Origin: an uncultured Rhodospirillaceae bacterium
GTDB lineage: Bacteria > Pseudomonadota > Alphaproteobacteria > UBA8366
Direction: 5' to 3'
DNA: 64,000 nucleotides
Assembly (NCBI GenBank): GCA_913043025.1
Contig: CAJWLM010000002.1
Span: 22,777-86,776 of the forward strand
Shown: positions 10,042-19,533 of the stretch, one piece after another
Position numbering within the stretch: position 1 is the first letter of the stretch
Layout of the letters: every line of letters starts with the position of its first letter
Made by a program: the position numbers and the translations under genes
Notes under the pieces: generated by a model
What the model saw: the letters and a program-made list of their open reading frames with translations, nothing else
The model's database searches: none
Told to the model about the DNA's origin: nothing

Positions 10042-11628
10042 TTAGGGGGCCGGTAGACCTTCAATCATTACATTAAGGCAGCCTGGCATGCCACTTGTTA
10101 GGGCATTTCCTAGTTCATGTTTAAGTTCGGTAGGATTTTTGATAAGTGCACCGTGACAACCAAGGCCTATAGCTGCTTGGTCGTAAGGTGTTGGTCTTAG
10201 GTCGCAGCCATAGGCTCTTTGACTGCCGTAATCGCGAAGCTGTATTTGGTATTCCGCATTCCAACGCGCATCATTTCCAATAACAGCTATAAAATTTGCG
10301 CCGTAACGAGAGGCGGTTTCGAATTCTGCAAAATGAAATCCGACCGTGCCATCGCCCATTAGGGCAATCACAGTTGACTCAGGTCGCGCGATTTTTGCCG
10401 CAAAGGCATAACAGAGGCCCCCGCCAATAGCCCCGGACAGCCCGTTGATTATTCGCGTTGGGGAATGGATTGTAGCTTGCGCCCACTGGCCAAATTCGCC
10501 GCCATCAACAATGAGTATCGGATCATTTGCGCCGTCGATAATTGTCTGGATTGCTTCCCCTACCATTGCGGGATGGATGCCTTCAGTAGTGCTCGTGGCG
10601 GTGGGGCGATATTCAATAGCGGTATTAACTTCCTTGCGCCAGGTGTTACGATTTGTCGAAGCCTTTGTCTGGCACAAAGCGCTTGCAAGGGTAGTGCTAT
10701 TTGTAACGAATGCGGCATTTATCTTGTTCCCCAATATTTTCTCTGCTTGATCCAATTCTTCTTTGTCAGGGTCCGTGATAATAAATTGGCACCTCGGAGA
10801 AAAAATCGGCGGTTGGCCGTTGCCCAATGTGAAATCGAGACGTTTACCAATTGAAAGCACCAAATCTGATTTCACTAGCATAGAAGCAAATTTTCCAAGA
10901 GACGGATCTTTGACCCCCCGAGGGCTCTCCATGTTGATAGTGGGAGCATCTAATGCGTCGGACAACATATCTTGCAAGTTACCAGTGCGACTGTGATTGA
11001 GCATAGGTCCGGTAAGTATTATGGGGGTAACGGCGTTTTCGAAAGCGCGTACAATTGTATTTATTATTTCAAGGGAGGGATTTTTGCGTTTAGGTTTAAA
11101 GACCCTTTGGCTAGCTTTTTCAGGTTTGGTCGCTAAATTAGTCAAATTGTCAAAGGGAAGAGCCAAATGTACTGGACCAGGTCTTTCCGATTTCGCAATT
11201 CGAATACAATTGGCTATTTCTGTGCTGATTGTATTGACATTTTTAGATCGACAAGAATATTTTGTAATAGGGGATGATGCACTGACTTGATCTAGCTCCT
11301 GGAAAGCATTTTTGCCGTCGGCAGCTCTTGGGGAGTCCCCACTTAGAAGCAAAACCGGGCTCTCTGCTAACTTGGCTGAGTAAAGGGGAGATAAAGAATT
11401 GGCAAATCCCGGCCCAGCTGTTACCAGGGCTACGCCAATTTCGCCGGTTAGTTGCGCATAGGCATCTGCCATATAGGCAGCCGCCGCCTCGTGACGAACA
11501 TGGTAGATCTCTATTCCAGCATCGATGCATGCATCGAAGATTGGCATGATTTGATTGCCTGATAGAGCAAATATATGTTTGACATTAGCATTGCGTAGCG
11601 TATTTACAACCACTTCGGCTCCTCGCAT
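10042..11628 (-). CDS. Thiamine pyrophosphate-binding enzyme (acetolactate synthase / acyl-CoA lyase-like superfamily)
   Basis: VRHEAAAAYMADAYA, TAGPG, FQELDQ, RPGPVHL, GDG...N TPP motif; ATG 11628 preceded by GGAG. Confidence 0.88.
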   Translation of the reverse strand: MRGAEVVVNTLRNANVKHIFALSGNQIMPIFDACIDAGIEIYHVRHEAAAAYMADAYAQLTGEIGVALVTAGPGFANSLSPLYSAKLAESPVLLLSGDSPRAADGKNAFQELDQVSASSPITKYSCRSKNVNTISTEIANCIRIAKSERPGPVHLALPFDNLTNLATKPEKASQRVFKPKRKNPSLEIINTIVRAFENAVTPIILTGPMLNHSRTGNLQDMLSDALDAPTINMESPRGVKDPSLGKFASMLVKSDLVLSIGKRLDFTLGNGQPPIFSPRCQFIITDPDKEELDQAEKILGNKINAAFVTNSTTLASALCQTKASTNRNTWRKEVNTAIEYRPTATSTTEGIHPAMVGEAIQTIIDGANDPILIVDGGEFGQWAQATIHSPTRIINGLSGAIGGGLCYAFAAKIARPESTVIALMGDGTVGFHFAEFETASRYGANFIAVIGNDARWNAEYQIQLRDYGSQRAYGCDLRPTPYDQAAIGLGCHGALIKNPTELKHELGNALTSGMPGCLNVMIEGLPAP

Positions 11629-11793
11629 CCGACCACTCCATAAGCTCAAATTATTAATGCAAAGTCATGCTACTTGTGTTGTGGTCAAATTTCTTAAAAA
11701 GCAGACAAGCGATCAAAGAAGGGCCACAGGGAAAGCAATATAATATGGTAAAAATAATGGGAAGAACTTTTTTAAATCGAGATAGGACGCTAA

Positions 11794-12771
11794 ATGTCTG
11801 ACGATAATCCAACTGAAATACCCGCGGAAAATTATCCGAAAATTGGAAATTATACCTTCGATCTGGAAGCAAAGCTGACGAGCATCTTGGCCCTTCGGTC
11901 TCAAATGAGTTCCGATGCTTTTACTGCTGGGCACCTAGGCACCGAACGTGAGGGACACGGAGTTCTAATAAGTGAGAATGGTTTAGTGCTTACAATTGGC
12001 TATCTTATTACCGAAGCTGAAACCATATGGCTAGTTGATGCTACAGGTGTTGCAACTCCAGCTCACACGGTTGGCTACGACCAAGAAACCGGCTTCGGCC
12101 TCGTGCAGGCGCTCGGAAAACTAACTGTGCCTCATTTAGCTCTTGGGGAGTCAAGCGCGTTGCAGGTTGGTGATCCAATTATTATCGGGGGAAGTGGTGG
12201 AATAGAAAAATCTGTAGCTGCAAGTGTTGTCTCTAAACGCGAGTTTGCAGGTTACTGGGAATATGTTTTAGATGAGGGCATATTTACTGCGCCCGCTCAT
12301 CCTTTCTGGGGTGGTTCTGGCGCAATTGATCGAGCAGGAAACTTAGTGGGCATAACTTCGCTTTTCGTGCAGCAAGCGACAGCAGAGGATACGCCTTTTC
12401 ACGGGAACCTCATCGTGCCAATCGACTTATTCAAACCAATAATGAATGATCTCGTGCGGTACGGGCGCGTGCAGAAACCACCGAGGCCTTGGCTCGGCAT
12501 CATTATGAGCGAAATTCAAAATGCATTGGTTATTGCTAGTATGAATGAGAGGGGGCCAGCCAAAACTGCTGGTTTGGAAATAGGCGATGTTATTTTGGGT
12601 GTTAATGGAAATCAAGTTGACGATTTGACATCCCTTTTCCGCGGGATTTGGCGTGTCGGTCAGGCTGGTGTCAAGGTTCCATTGATTATTGTGCGTGATG
12701 GTGAGGTTATGGAGATAGGCGTACCATCTGTGGACCGCAATTCAATATTAAAGTCTCCCAAAATACATTGA
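11794..12771 (+). CDS. HtrA/DegP-like trypsin-fold plus PDZ protein, catalytic triad apparently absent
   Basis: GHGVLI, VLTIGYL, GNLVGI and PDZ segment RPWLGI...GPAKTAGLEIGDVI; no TNxHV or GNSGG motif. Confidence 0.75.
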   Translation: MSDDNPTEIPAENYPKIGNYTFDLEAKLTSILALRSQMSSDAFTAGHLGTEREGHGVLISENGLVLTIGYLITEAETIWLVDATGVATPAHTVGYDQETGFGLVQALGKLTVPHLALGESSALQVGDPIIIGGSGGIEKSVAASVVSKREFAGYWEYVLDEGIFTAPAHPFWGGSGAIDRAGNLVGITSLFVQQATAEDTPFHGNLIVPIDLFKPIMNDLVRYGRVQKPPRPWLGIIMSEIQNALVIASMNERGPAKTAGLEIGDVILGVNGNQVDDLTSLFRGIWRVGQAGVKVPLIIVRDGEVMEIGVPSVDRNSILKSPKIH

Positions 12772-12799
12772 TCAATGGGCAAATAAAAATAAGGAATTC

Positions 12800-13867
12800 C
12801 TAACGGTCAGTGCTTCTGATTTTTTCGGCGATCTGCTCCCCAAAAGCATCAGTAGATAACGGTCCTCCGAGGTCTGGTGTACGGGTATCTATGTTCGAGA
12901 GCTGCTCGTTAACAACCTTATCAATGCGGGTCGATGCTTCTAAAAATTCAGGCCTATTCTGACGAATCCCGAGCGTTTCAAAAAGCATTGCCGCTGACAG
13001 TATCATCGCTGTTGGATTGGCAATATTTTTTCCGGCTATGTCGGGAGCCGCTCCATGTGCCGCCTGTGCCATAGCATGCCTTTGGCCTGCATTAACAGAA
13101 GGCCCTAAACCCAATCCACCTGTTAGTTCTGCTGCAAGATCAGAAAGAATATCTCCAAATAAATTTGTTGTGACTATAACATCAAAATGTGAAGGTTTTC
13201 GTACCAATAGGGCTGCCATAGCATCAACAAAATAATCCTCGATTTCAACTTTGTAATCGGATGCCACTTCCCTGCATACCTCTACAAAAAACCCATCTGA
13301 CATTGTTAGAACATTTGATTTGTGAACGATGGAAAGCCGACCACGACGTTTGATTGCTAATTCGCATGCTTGACGTGCTATTCGTTCAGAGCACTCCCGG
13401 GTTATGCGCCTTATAGATATAGCCATGTCCTCCGACGGCATGAATTCTCCGCTGCCTTTATGCATATTGCGAACTGCATAGAAACCTTCTGTGTTCTCTC
13501 GGAATATTACTAGATCCATTTCTTTCACAGCTGCAGGTACGCCCGGGCGAGTTTTAGATGGACGAATATTGGCGTATAAGTCTAAATCGCCCCGAAGTTT
13601 CGCTGATGGATTAATACCACCGTCAGCTGGATCAGGATAAATGGCGGTATCTGCAGGCCCGAGGATAATACCGTCGGCTTCTACAGCTTTTTTCCAAGTT
13701 GAATCTGGAATAGTCGACCCATTTTTGTCTAAACTTGCCAATCCGCTGTCTGCAGTTTCAATTTCAAGCCCCAAGTTAAACCGGTGGCTAGCGGCGTTTA
13801 TAATTTTTCTTGTGGCCGAGACAATTTCTGGTCCTATCCCGTCCCCATCTAAACAAATAATTTTCAT
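12800..13867 (-). CDS. Isocitrate/isopropylmalate/tartrate dehydrogenase family protein
   Basis: GDGIGPEI, LYANIRP, FRENTEG, HKSNVL, NLFGDILSDL, HGAAPDIAGKNIANP. Confidence 0.92.
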   Translation of the reverse strand: MKIICLDGDGIGPEIVSATRKIINAASHRFNLGLEIETADSGLASLDKNGSTIPDSTWKKAVEADGIILGPADTAIYPDPADGGINPSAKLRGDLDLYANIRPSKTRPGVPAAVKEMDLVIFRENTEGFYAVRNMHKGSGEFMPSEDMAISIRRITRECSERIARQACELAIKRRGRLSIVHKSNVLTMSDGFFVEVCREVASDYKVEIEDYFVDAMAALLVRKPSHFDVIVTTNLFGDILSDLAAELTGGLGLGPSVNAGQRHAMAQAAHGAAPDIAGKNIANPTAMILSAAMLFETLGIRQNRPEFLEASTRIDKVVNEQLSNIDTRTPDLGGPLSTDAFGEQIAEKIRSTDR

Positions 13868-13891
13868 GATCTACCAACGATTGATGTCAAT

Positions 13892-14494
13892 TTACCTAGT
13901 TTGAGATGAGAGAGACCCTAAGCGGGCAGCAATGTCCTCATCCCAGGTAATGTACCAGCCTTCTCCCTCGTCGCACAGAATTAAGTCCTCATGGGGGTGG
14001 CTCTTTCGTCCTTTTTGATAATGCTGATGAGCAGTGTATCCGTATTTCTTTGATGTATATTCACTTCGTACCCATTGGCATTTTCCGTTAAGTGTATTCA
14101 CCTCTGGGCTCATTAAAGTGAGCTTGCCGGTATTCTTAGTATTGGGATTAATCCAAGTCATTACCTTTCCAACAGGACCAGATAGGATTTTTTTTAGGGC
14201 TAGGTCTATTTGTTTTGAATCTTGTTGTGCTGCATAATCAACAACAAGAAATCCGGCGCCCAAGCCGGCTAATCCCATGCCGACTGCACCCGCTGCTCCT
14301 CCAACAGAATAACCGTTGGTGGCTCCTACAATGCCAAACGCTCCTTTCGCTGCCAAACTCTGAGTTTGTTGTGTTGAGTCAGTATATGAAGATTGGCAAC
14401 CTGCTAAAGAAATTATTAGCACGAGGATAACTATAATATGCAGACTGATCCGGTGAACAAAGGGTTGTTCGTGATAAACGTTCGAAGGAAGCAA
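13892..14494 (-). CDS. Lipoprotein, 17-kDa surface antigen (RT0821/Lpp0805)-like with glycine zipper
   Basis: Hydrophobic stretch and lipobox LAGC, Gly-rich GAFGIVGA...GGAAGAVG zipper, WINPNTKNTG motif, two Cys; start uncertain (TTG at 14494 just after the upstream stop). Confidence 0.6.
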   Translation of the reverse strand: MLPSNVYHEQPFVHRISLHIIVILVLIISLAGCQSSYTDSTQQTQSLAAKGAFGIVGATNGYSVGGAAGAVGMGLAGLGAGFLVVDYAAQQDSKQIDLALKKILSGPVGKVMTWINPNTKNTGKLTLMSPEVNTLNGKCQWVRSEYTSKKYGYTAHQHYQKGRKSHPHEDLILCDEGEGWYITWDEDIAARLGSLSSQTR

Positions 14495-14495
14495 T

Positions 14496-15500
14496 CTACG
14501 CAAAGGCTTCTGCCAATAATTCATAAGAGCGTTTCCTCGACTCAAAATCCGGGCATGCAGTGAGAACAAGAAATTCGTTGTTCTTGTATAAGTCACTCAA
14601 TTCATTGATTTTCTTTTGAACGGTTTTTGGTGCACCATAAATTGTTCTGGCACGGCTTTGTAACACATGTTCGCGCTCTGCATCCGTATAGGGATAAGAT
14701 AAAGACTCCTCTACAGTTGGTATTGGCGCAAGATGCCCTCTATCTGCACGTAACCGGAATAAGTCCCTAGTAGACATAAGCTTATCAGCTTCTGCATCAG
14801 TTTCTGCACATATAACAAAAACTCCAATATTTGTTTCGGGCTCTTCAAGTGATCCTATGCATTGGAATTGATCTTGGTACGCGCGAGTAACTACTTCTCC
14901 ACCATAAGGTGTAATAAAATGTGCAAACGAGAAAGAGAGACCAAAATGAGCGGCGTAAGCAGCGCTGTAATCACTTGAGCCTAATAACCAAATTGGGGGT
15001 GATGATGGCGTATAAGGCCGTACTTTTACTGTTTCAAATGGGTGTTCTTTCGGTAGTGAGTCTGTGAGAAAGCCATAAAGATCTGAGACCATAGTCGGGA
15101 AATGCTCAGCTCCAAAACCACCACCATACGCAAGCGCTCGTGCCGTTGGGTGATCACTCCCAGGGGCACGACCAATTCCCAAGTCAATCCTACCCGGGAA
15201 CATTGCTTCTAGTGTACGAAAGTTTTCCGCTACCTTATACGGACTGTAATGACTAAGCATCACACCACCGGAACCCACGCGTATAGTATTAGTTTCTGAC
15301 GCAATACGAGTAATCAATACCTCAGGAGATGCCGAGGCAAGACCGTCACTGCCGTGATGCTCGGCTAACCAATATCTATGATAGCCAAGTTCTTCGGCAA
15401 TTTTTGCTAATGCTATAGTTTCTTCTAAAGCGCCAGTAGCAGTTGTGTCGGGCCGCAATGGCGATTGGTCCAGGACACTCAACCTTATCTTTTCTTTCAT
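14496..15500 (-). CDS. LLM-class (luciferase-like) flavin-dependent oxidoreductase
   Basis: LSVLDQSP, RYWLAEHH, RVGSGGVML, PGRIDLGIGRAPG, WLLGSS. Confidence 0.92.
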   Translation of the reverse strand: MKEKIRLSVLDQSPLRPDTTATGALEETIALAKIAEELGYHRYWLAEHHGSDGLASASPEVLITRIASETNTIRVGSGGVMLSHYSPYKVAENFRTLEAMFPGRIDLGIGRAPGSDHPTARALAYGGGFGAEHFPTMVSDLYGFLTDSLPKEHPFETVKVRPYTPSSPPIWLLGSSDYSAAYAAHFGLSFSFAHFITPYGGEVVTRAYQDQFQCIGSLEEPETNIGVFVICAETDAEADKLMSTRDLFRLRADRGHLAPIPTVEESLSYPYTDAEREHVLQSRARTIYGAPKTVQKKINELSDLYKNNEFLVLTACPDFESRKRSYELLAEAFA

Positions 15501-15765
15501 GATCCCATCAGCCTATACCAATTGGTATGTTTGTAATGCCTGGAAGTCCAAATATATACTGGATACAGAAAGAATTATAACCTTTTAAAACAATTTATTT
15601 CGAAGCGAAATATGCAAGGTGGAAGCGAATGCGCGTTATCATGAATTTACGAGGGATGCTATACTGTCTGCGATGTAGTTGAGCTCTCCTTTAAAGAAGC
15701 AAAGAGACATAACATTTCAGACTGAGAATACGGTATTGCAGCATAGAGTGATGTAACGGGATTTT

Positions 15766-17754
15766 TTGGCCTTAAAGCCACTGGGGTTACGCAAAATTTT
15801 GACGAAGAAAAAATTCACCCAAAGCGATTATTTAGAGTCTGCAAGGAACGCCTTCAGGCAGAATGAACTGGGGCGGGCTGAGGATCTCATAAAGGCTTCT
15901 ATCGAAGCAAACTCGGGCAACCCGATAGCGCATGCCTATTATGGGGAAATTCTCCTAGCCCTTGGTCGTCCGAAGGAGGCAGGAGATTCCTATCAAACAG
16001 CTACCGATATTTGCCCAGAAGAGGGTACATTTTGGCATGGATTGGGGTTAGCTAAATTTAGGGCGGGTTCCCTAGGCGCTGGGATAAATGCTTTGAGCTG
16101 TGCAATAGAGTTAATGCCCGACAATCCAGAAGCACATAATAATCTTGGTAATTTACAAAAAGAAGCAGGTAACCTCAGGGATGCGGTTTTTAGTTATACA
16201 AGGGCTTTAGAGTTGAAACCGGACTTTGGTGAGGCGTTTGGAAACTTAGGAGTCGTATTTTTAGGTCTTGGAGAGTTGCTCGATGCAGAAAAAGCTTTAT
16301 CTGCAGCAGCACAAATAAGGCCAATGGATCCAGTTATTCTGACCAATCTCGGGTGTGCTTTTGCGGCCTTGGGCCGTATGACTGAAGCCACGCAATGGCA
16401 TAGGAAGGCACTTAAGTTAGATGCCAGAAATACTGCAGCTTTAAATAATCTAGCAGTCTCTTTAAAAGATCAGGGACAAATCAATGATGCCCTCAAGGTG
16501 TATGATAGGCTTATAGAGTTGGCTCCCGAGGACTACTCTGCCAGATCAAACCAATTAATGTGTTTGAACTATAGGGAGGCATGCGATGGCGTTACAATAT
16601 TTCGGAGTCACCGAGAATGGGAAAAAAATCTTAAAAAACCGATTGAGTCATTTACGCCCGTAAATAAAACCTCTCGACGCCCCTTAAAAGTCGGAATCGT
16701 CTCGCCGGATCTGTGGACACATTCCGTTGCTAATTTTTTAATTCCCCTTTTACAGCACTACGACAGGGAGGAATTTCACATTACATGTTACAGCGATACT
16801 CAGGTGCCGGACGAGACAACTGAAATGCTGAAGAGATTCAGTAACTCCTGGCGTGAAATAAGAAATTTGAGCGATGAATCTGTCTCAAAGAGAATCAGAT
16901 CGGATAACATAAACATTCTTATCGACCTGGCAGGCCATACTGGAAACAACCGATTGACGGTATTTGCGCAGCGGGTTGCGCCTATACAGATAACCTGGCT
17001 TGGTTATCCAACGACAACCGGACTAAGCCAGATGGATTTTCGCTTGACTGATGTTGTTGCAGATCCCCCTAGCTCGACAGAAGTATTTCATAGTGAAGTA
17101 TTAGTTCATCTTCAGCCTTGTTTTTTATGTTATTCCCCACCGAAAAAAATACCTTTATTAAAAGTCAAACATAGACCCGTCACTTTTGGATCGTTTAACA
17201 ATTTCGCTAAGTTGACCGAGAAATCTGTTCACTTGTGGGCTCAATTGATGAACAAGGTTCCCGCATCGCGGTTGGTGCTTAAGTCGCGGCAATTCGCTGA
17301 TCCTGTGATAGCAAAGATGATTTCCGATTTGTTTGAGGGAAGGGGTGTTGAGCAAACAAGAGTTGAATTGGTGGGTAGGGTTCGAAGCCGACAAGCACAC
17401 CTGGAATATTATAATGAGATTGATATTGCGTTGGATACTTTTCCATATAACGGCACTACCACAACGTGCGAGGCCCTTCTTATGGGAGTGCCAGTGGTTA
17501 GCAGGGCCGGGGGCCTGCACGCGGGGCGAGTTGGCGCAAGCTTGCTTTCCGCTATGGGGTGCATGCACTGGGTTGCTTCTCATGAAAATGAGTTCTTAGA
17601 TATTGCTGTCAGCTTGGTAAATGATCGTCCGTCTAAAGATGCTTTACGTGCCGATTTTCTCGGATCAAAACTATGTGATGGCCAGGGTTTTGCACACTCT
17701 TTTCAGGCGACTTTGCAAAAATTATGGCATCAGCGCCATATTTCAAAAGCTTAG
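15766..17754 (+). CDS. TPR-containing GT41 (OGT/SPINDLY-like) protein glycosyltransferase
   Basis: Multiple TPRs (AHNNLGN, AFGNLG, ALNNLA), SPDLWTHSV, DLAGHT, WLGYPTTTG, FGSFNNFAK, DTFPYNGTTTTCEAL. Confidence 0.9.
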   Translation: MALKPLGLRKILTKKKFTQSDYLESARNAFRQNELGRAEDLIKASIEANSGNPIAHAYYGEILLALGRPKEAGDSYQTATDICPEEGTFWHGLGLAKFRAGSLGAGINALSCAIELMPDNPEAHNNLGNLQKEAGNLRDAVFSYTRALELKPDFGEAFGNLGVVFLGLGELLDAEKALSAAAQIRPMDPVILTNLGCAFAALGRMTEATQWHRKALKLDARNTAALNNLAVSLKDQGQINDALKVYDRLIELAPEDYSARSNQLMCLNYREACDGVTIFRSHREWEKNLKKPIESFTPVNKTSRRPLKVGIVSPDLWTHSVANFLIPLLQHYDREEFHITCYSDTQVPDETTEMLKRFSNSWREIRNLSDESVSKRIRSDNINILIDLAGHTGNNRLTVFAQRVAPIQITWLGYPTTTGLSQMDFRLTDVVADPPSSTEVFHSEVLVHLQPCFLCYSPPKKIPLLKVKHRPVTFGSFNNFAKLTEKSVHLWAQLMNKVPASRLVLKSRQFADPVIAKMISDLFEGRGVEQTRVELVGRVRSRQAHLEYYNEIDIALDTFPYNGTTTTCEALLMGVPVVSRAGGLHAGRVGASLLSAMGCMHWVASHENEFLDIAVSLVNDRPSKDALRADFLGSKLCDGQGFAHSFQATLQKLWHQRHISKA

Positions 17755-17805
17755 TTAGAGGCAAAACTAGCGGTTGCTAGCAGAATTATTATATTCATGT
17801 GAGGC

Positions 17806-19143
17806 ATGAATTTTAATCAGCTTGTTGTGAAAGAAAATGTAACTGTGGTAGATCGTTCACAAAAGTTTCAATCAGATGCCGATATTAAATTTTTTCTTAA
17901 CGAATTATTTAATACGGCAATAGAAGCTGTAGATCCGGTGCTATACCTGCCGGATCATCTTCCGAGAGCACCTACGGGCCGCACCATTGTTGTCGGTGCG
18001 GGTAAGGCGGCCTCCAAAATGCTTGCTTGCATTGAGGGCCGATGGCAGGGAGCATTGGAAGGTCTCGTTATTGTTCCATATGGATACGGGCAAAAATGCG
18101 ACGGTGTGAGGATAATAGAAGCTGGGCATCCAATCCCTGACTTAGCGGGAAATATTGCATCTCAACAGATTCTTGAGTTAGTTACCGGCGCCGGTAGGCA
18201 CGACCTCGTTATCTTTTTGATATCAGGTGGCACCTCGTCTTTATTGAGTCTGCCGTTGCCGGGTTTGACTGCGGATGACAAGGCTCAAATACATAATAAA
18301 CTTTTGAAGTGTGGTGCCGACATCGCCGAAATCAATTGTGTGCGTAAGCATTTATCTGCTGTGAAAGGCGGAAGGCTTGCAATGGCGGCGGCACCCGCTC
18401 GTGTTGTTACATTTTTGATTTCCGACGTGCCAGGTGATGACCCTTCTATCATAGGCTCAGGTCCTACTATTGCAAATAACTCAAGTTGCCATGATGCTGC
18501 AGAAATTTTGGCAAAATATAATATAAATGAACCAGAGGTTGCGATTAAATTGCTCAAGGAGGGTAAAAATCTAGAGCCCAGCCCCACGTCGTCCGTCTTT
18601 ACTGATCAGTCATATCAGGTGATAGCGTCGCCTCAGCTTGCTCTAGAGGCGGCAGCTAATTTAGCGAAAAGACGAGGAATTGAGCCTATAATCCTTGGAG
18701 ATTCGATCGAGGGAGAAGCAAAAGAAGTTGCAAAAGCAATGGCGGGAATCGCTCAACAAGTCAGGAACTATGGCCAGCCGCATTCTCCTCCGGCAGTGTT
18801 GTTATCTGGAGGAGAAACAACTGTTACCGTCAATGGTAAAGGTGTGGGTGGTCGAAACAGTGAATTCCAATTAGCGCTTGCACTTAAGCTTGGTGGTGCC
18901 AGGGGTATTTTTTCTCTTGCTGCAGATACTGATGGTATTGATGGCAATGGAGAGAATGCAGGCGCATTTATAACACCTGATACTCTTAAAAATGCGGCGT
19001 TAAATTCAATCGATGCTTTACATTACTTGAGGCACAACAATTCGGCAGCATTTTTTAAAAAACTTAATGACCTGTTTATAACTGGCCCAACCCACACCAA
19101 TGTGAATGATTTTCGCGCTATTCTAATTCTCCCTCAAACATAG
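17806..19143 (+). CDS. Glycerate kinase type 2 (MOFRL / TtuD family)
   Basis: GAGKAAS, AGHPIPD, LISGGTSSL, RKHLSAVKGGRL, SDVPGDD, SGGETTV, GGRN, DTDGIDG, TGPTHTNVND. Confidence 0.92.
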   Translation: MNFNQLVVKENVTVVDRSQKFQSDADIKFFLNELFNTAIEAVDPVLYLPDHLPRAPTGRTIVVGAGKAASKMLACIEGRWQGALEGLVIVPYGYGQKCDGVRIIEAGHPIPDLAGNIASQQILELVTGAGRHDLVIFLISGGTSSLLSLPLPGLTADDKAQIHNKLLKCGADIAEINCVRKHLSAVKGGRLAMAAAPARVVTFLISDVPGDDPSIIGSGPTIANNSSCHDAAEILAKYNINEPEVAIKLLKEGKNLEPSPTSSVFTDQSYQVIASPQLALEAAANLAKRRGIEPIILGDSIEGEAKEVAKAMAGIAQQVRNYGQPHSPPAVLLSGGETTVTVNGKGVGGRNSEFQLALALKLGGARGIFSLAADTDGIDGNGENAGAFITPDTLKNAALNSIDALHYLRHNNSAAFFKKLNDLFITGPTHTNVNDFRAILILPQT

Positions 19144-19275
19144 CTGTAATTAAGTCCATAAGCAAAATCCCATAAAAAATTTGATAAAATATTTCTCTAG
19201 TTGGGTGCTTATAATTTTTTTAATTAGACAGCCTGGTTGTTTGATCTCAACCATGAAAACTTTGTTTATTTGCTT

Positions 19276-19533
19276 TTACGTTCCTGTGTCTGAAACCAAA
19301 CTATTGCCCACTTTTAATTCATAAATAAACTGGTTGTCCTCCTCTGTTACATTCAAGAGTTTATGCCCACTGGTCTCGCAATAATGACGAACATCCAAAT
19401 AGCTCATGGGATCTGTCGCTACCAGCGTTATCCGGGTTCCAGGGACAAGACCGCGTAGTGATTTTTGAAGTTTCAACACAGGCATGGGGCATAGCAAGCC
19501 TGTTGCATCAATATTTATAGAATCGGAGGTCAA
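19276..19533 (-). CDS. TusA/SirA-family sulfur carrier protein
   Basis: IDATGLLCPMPVLK (CPxP motif), VATDPMS; start overlaps the upstream stop. Confidence 0.88.
   Translation of the reverse strand: MTSDSINIDATGLLCPMPVLKLQKSLRGLVPGTRITLVATDPMSYLDVRHYCETSGHKLLNVTEEDNQFIYELKVGNSLVSDTGT

Noticed and set aside
13892-14596. 234-aa version of the lipoprotein ORF
   Set aside because: It overlaps the LLM gene by about 100 bp and puts the lipobox too far from the N-terminus
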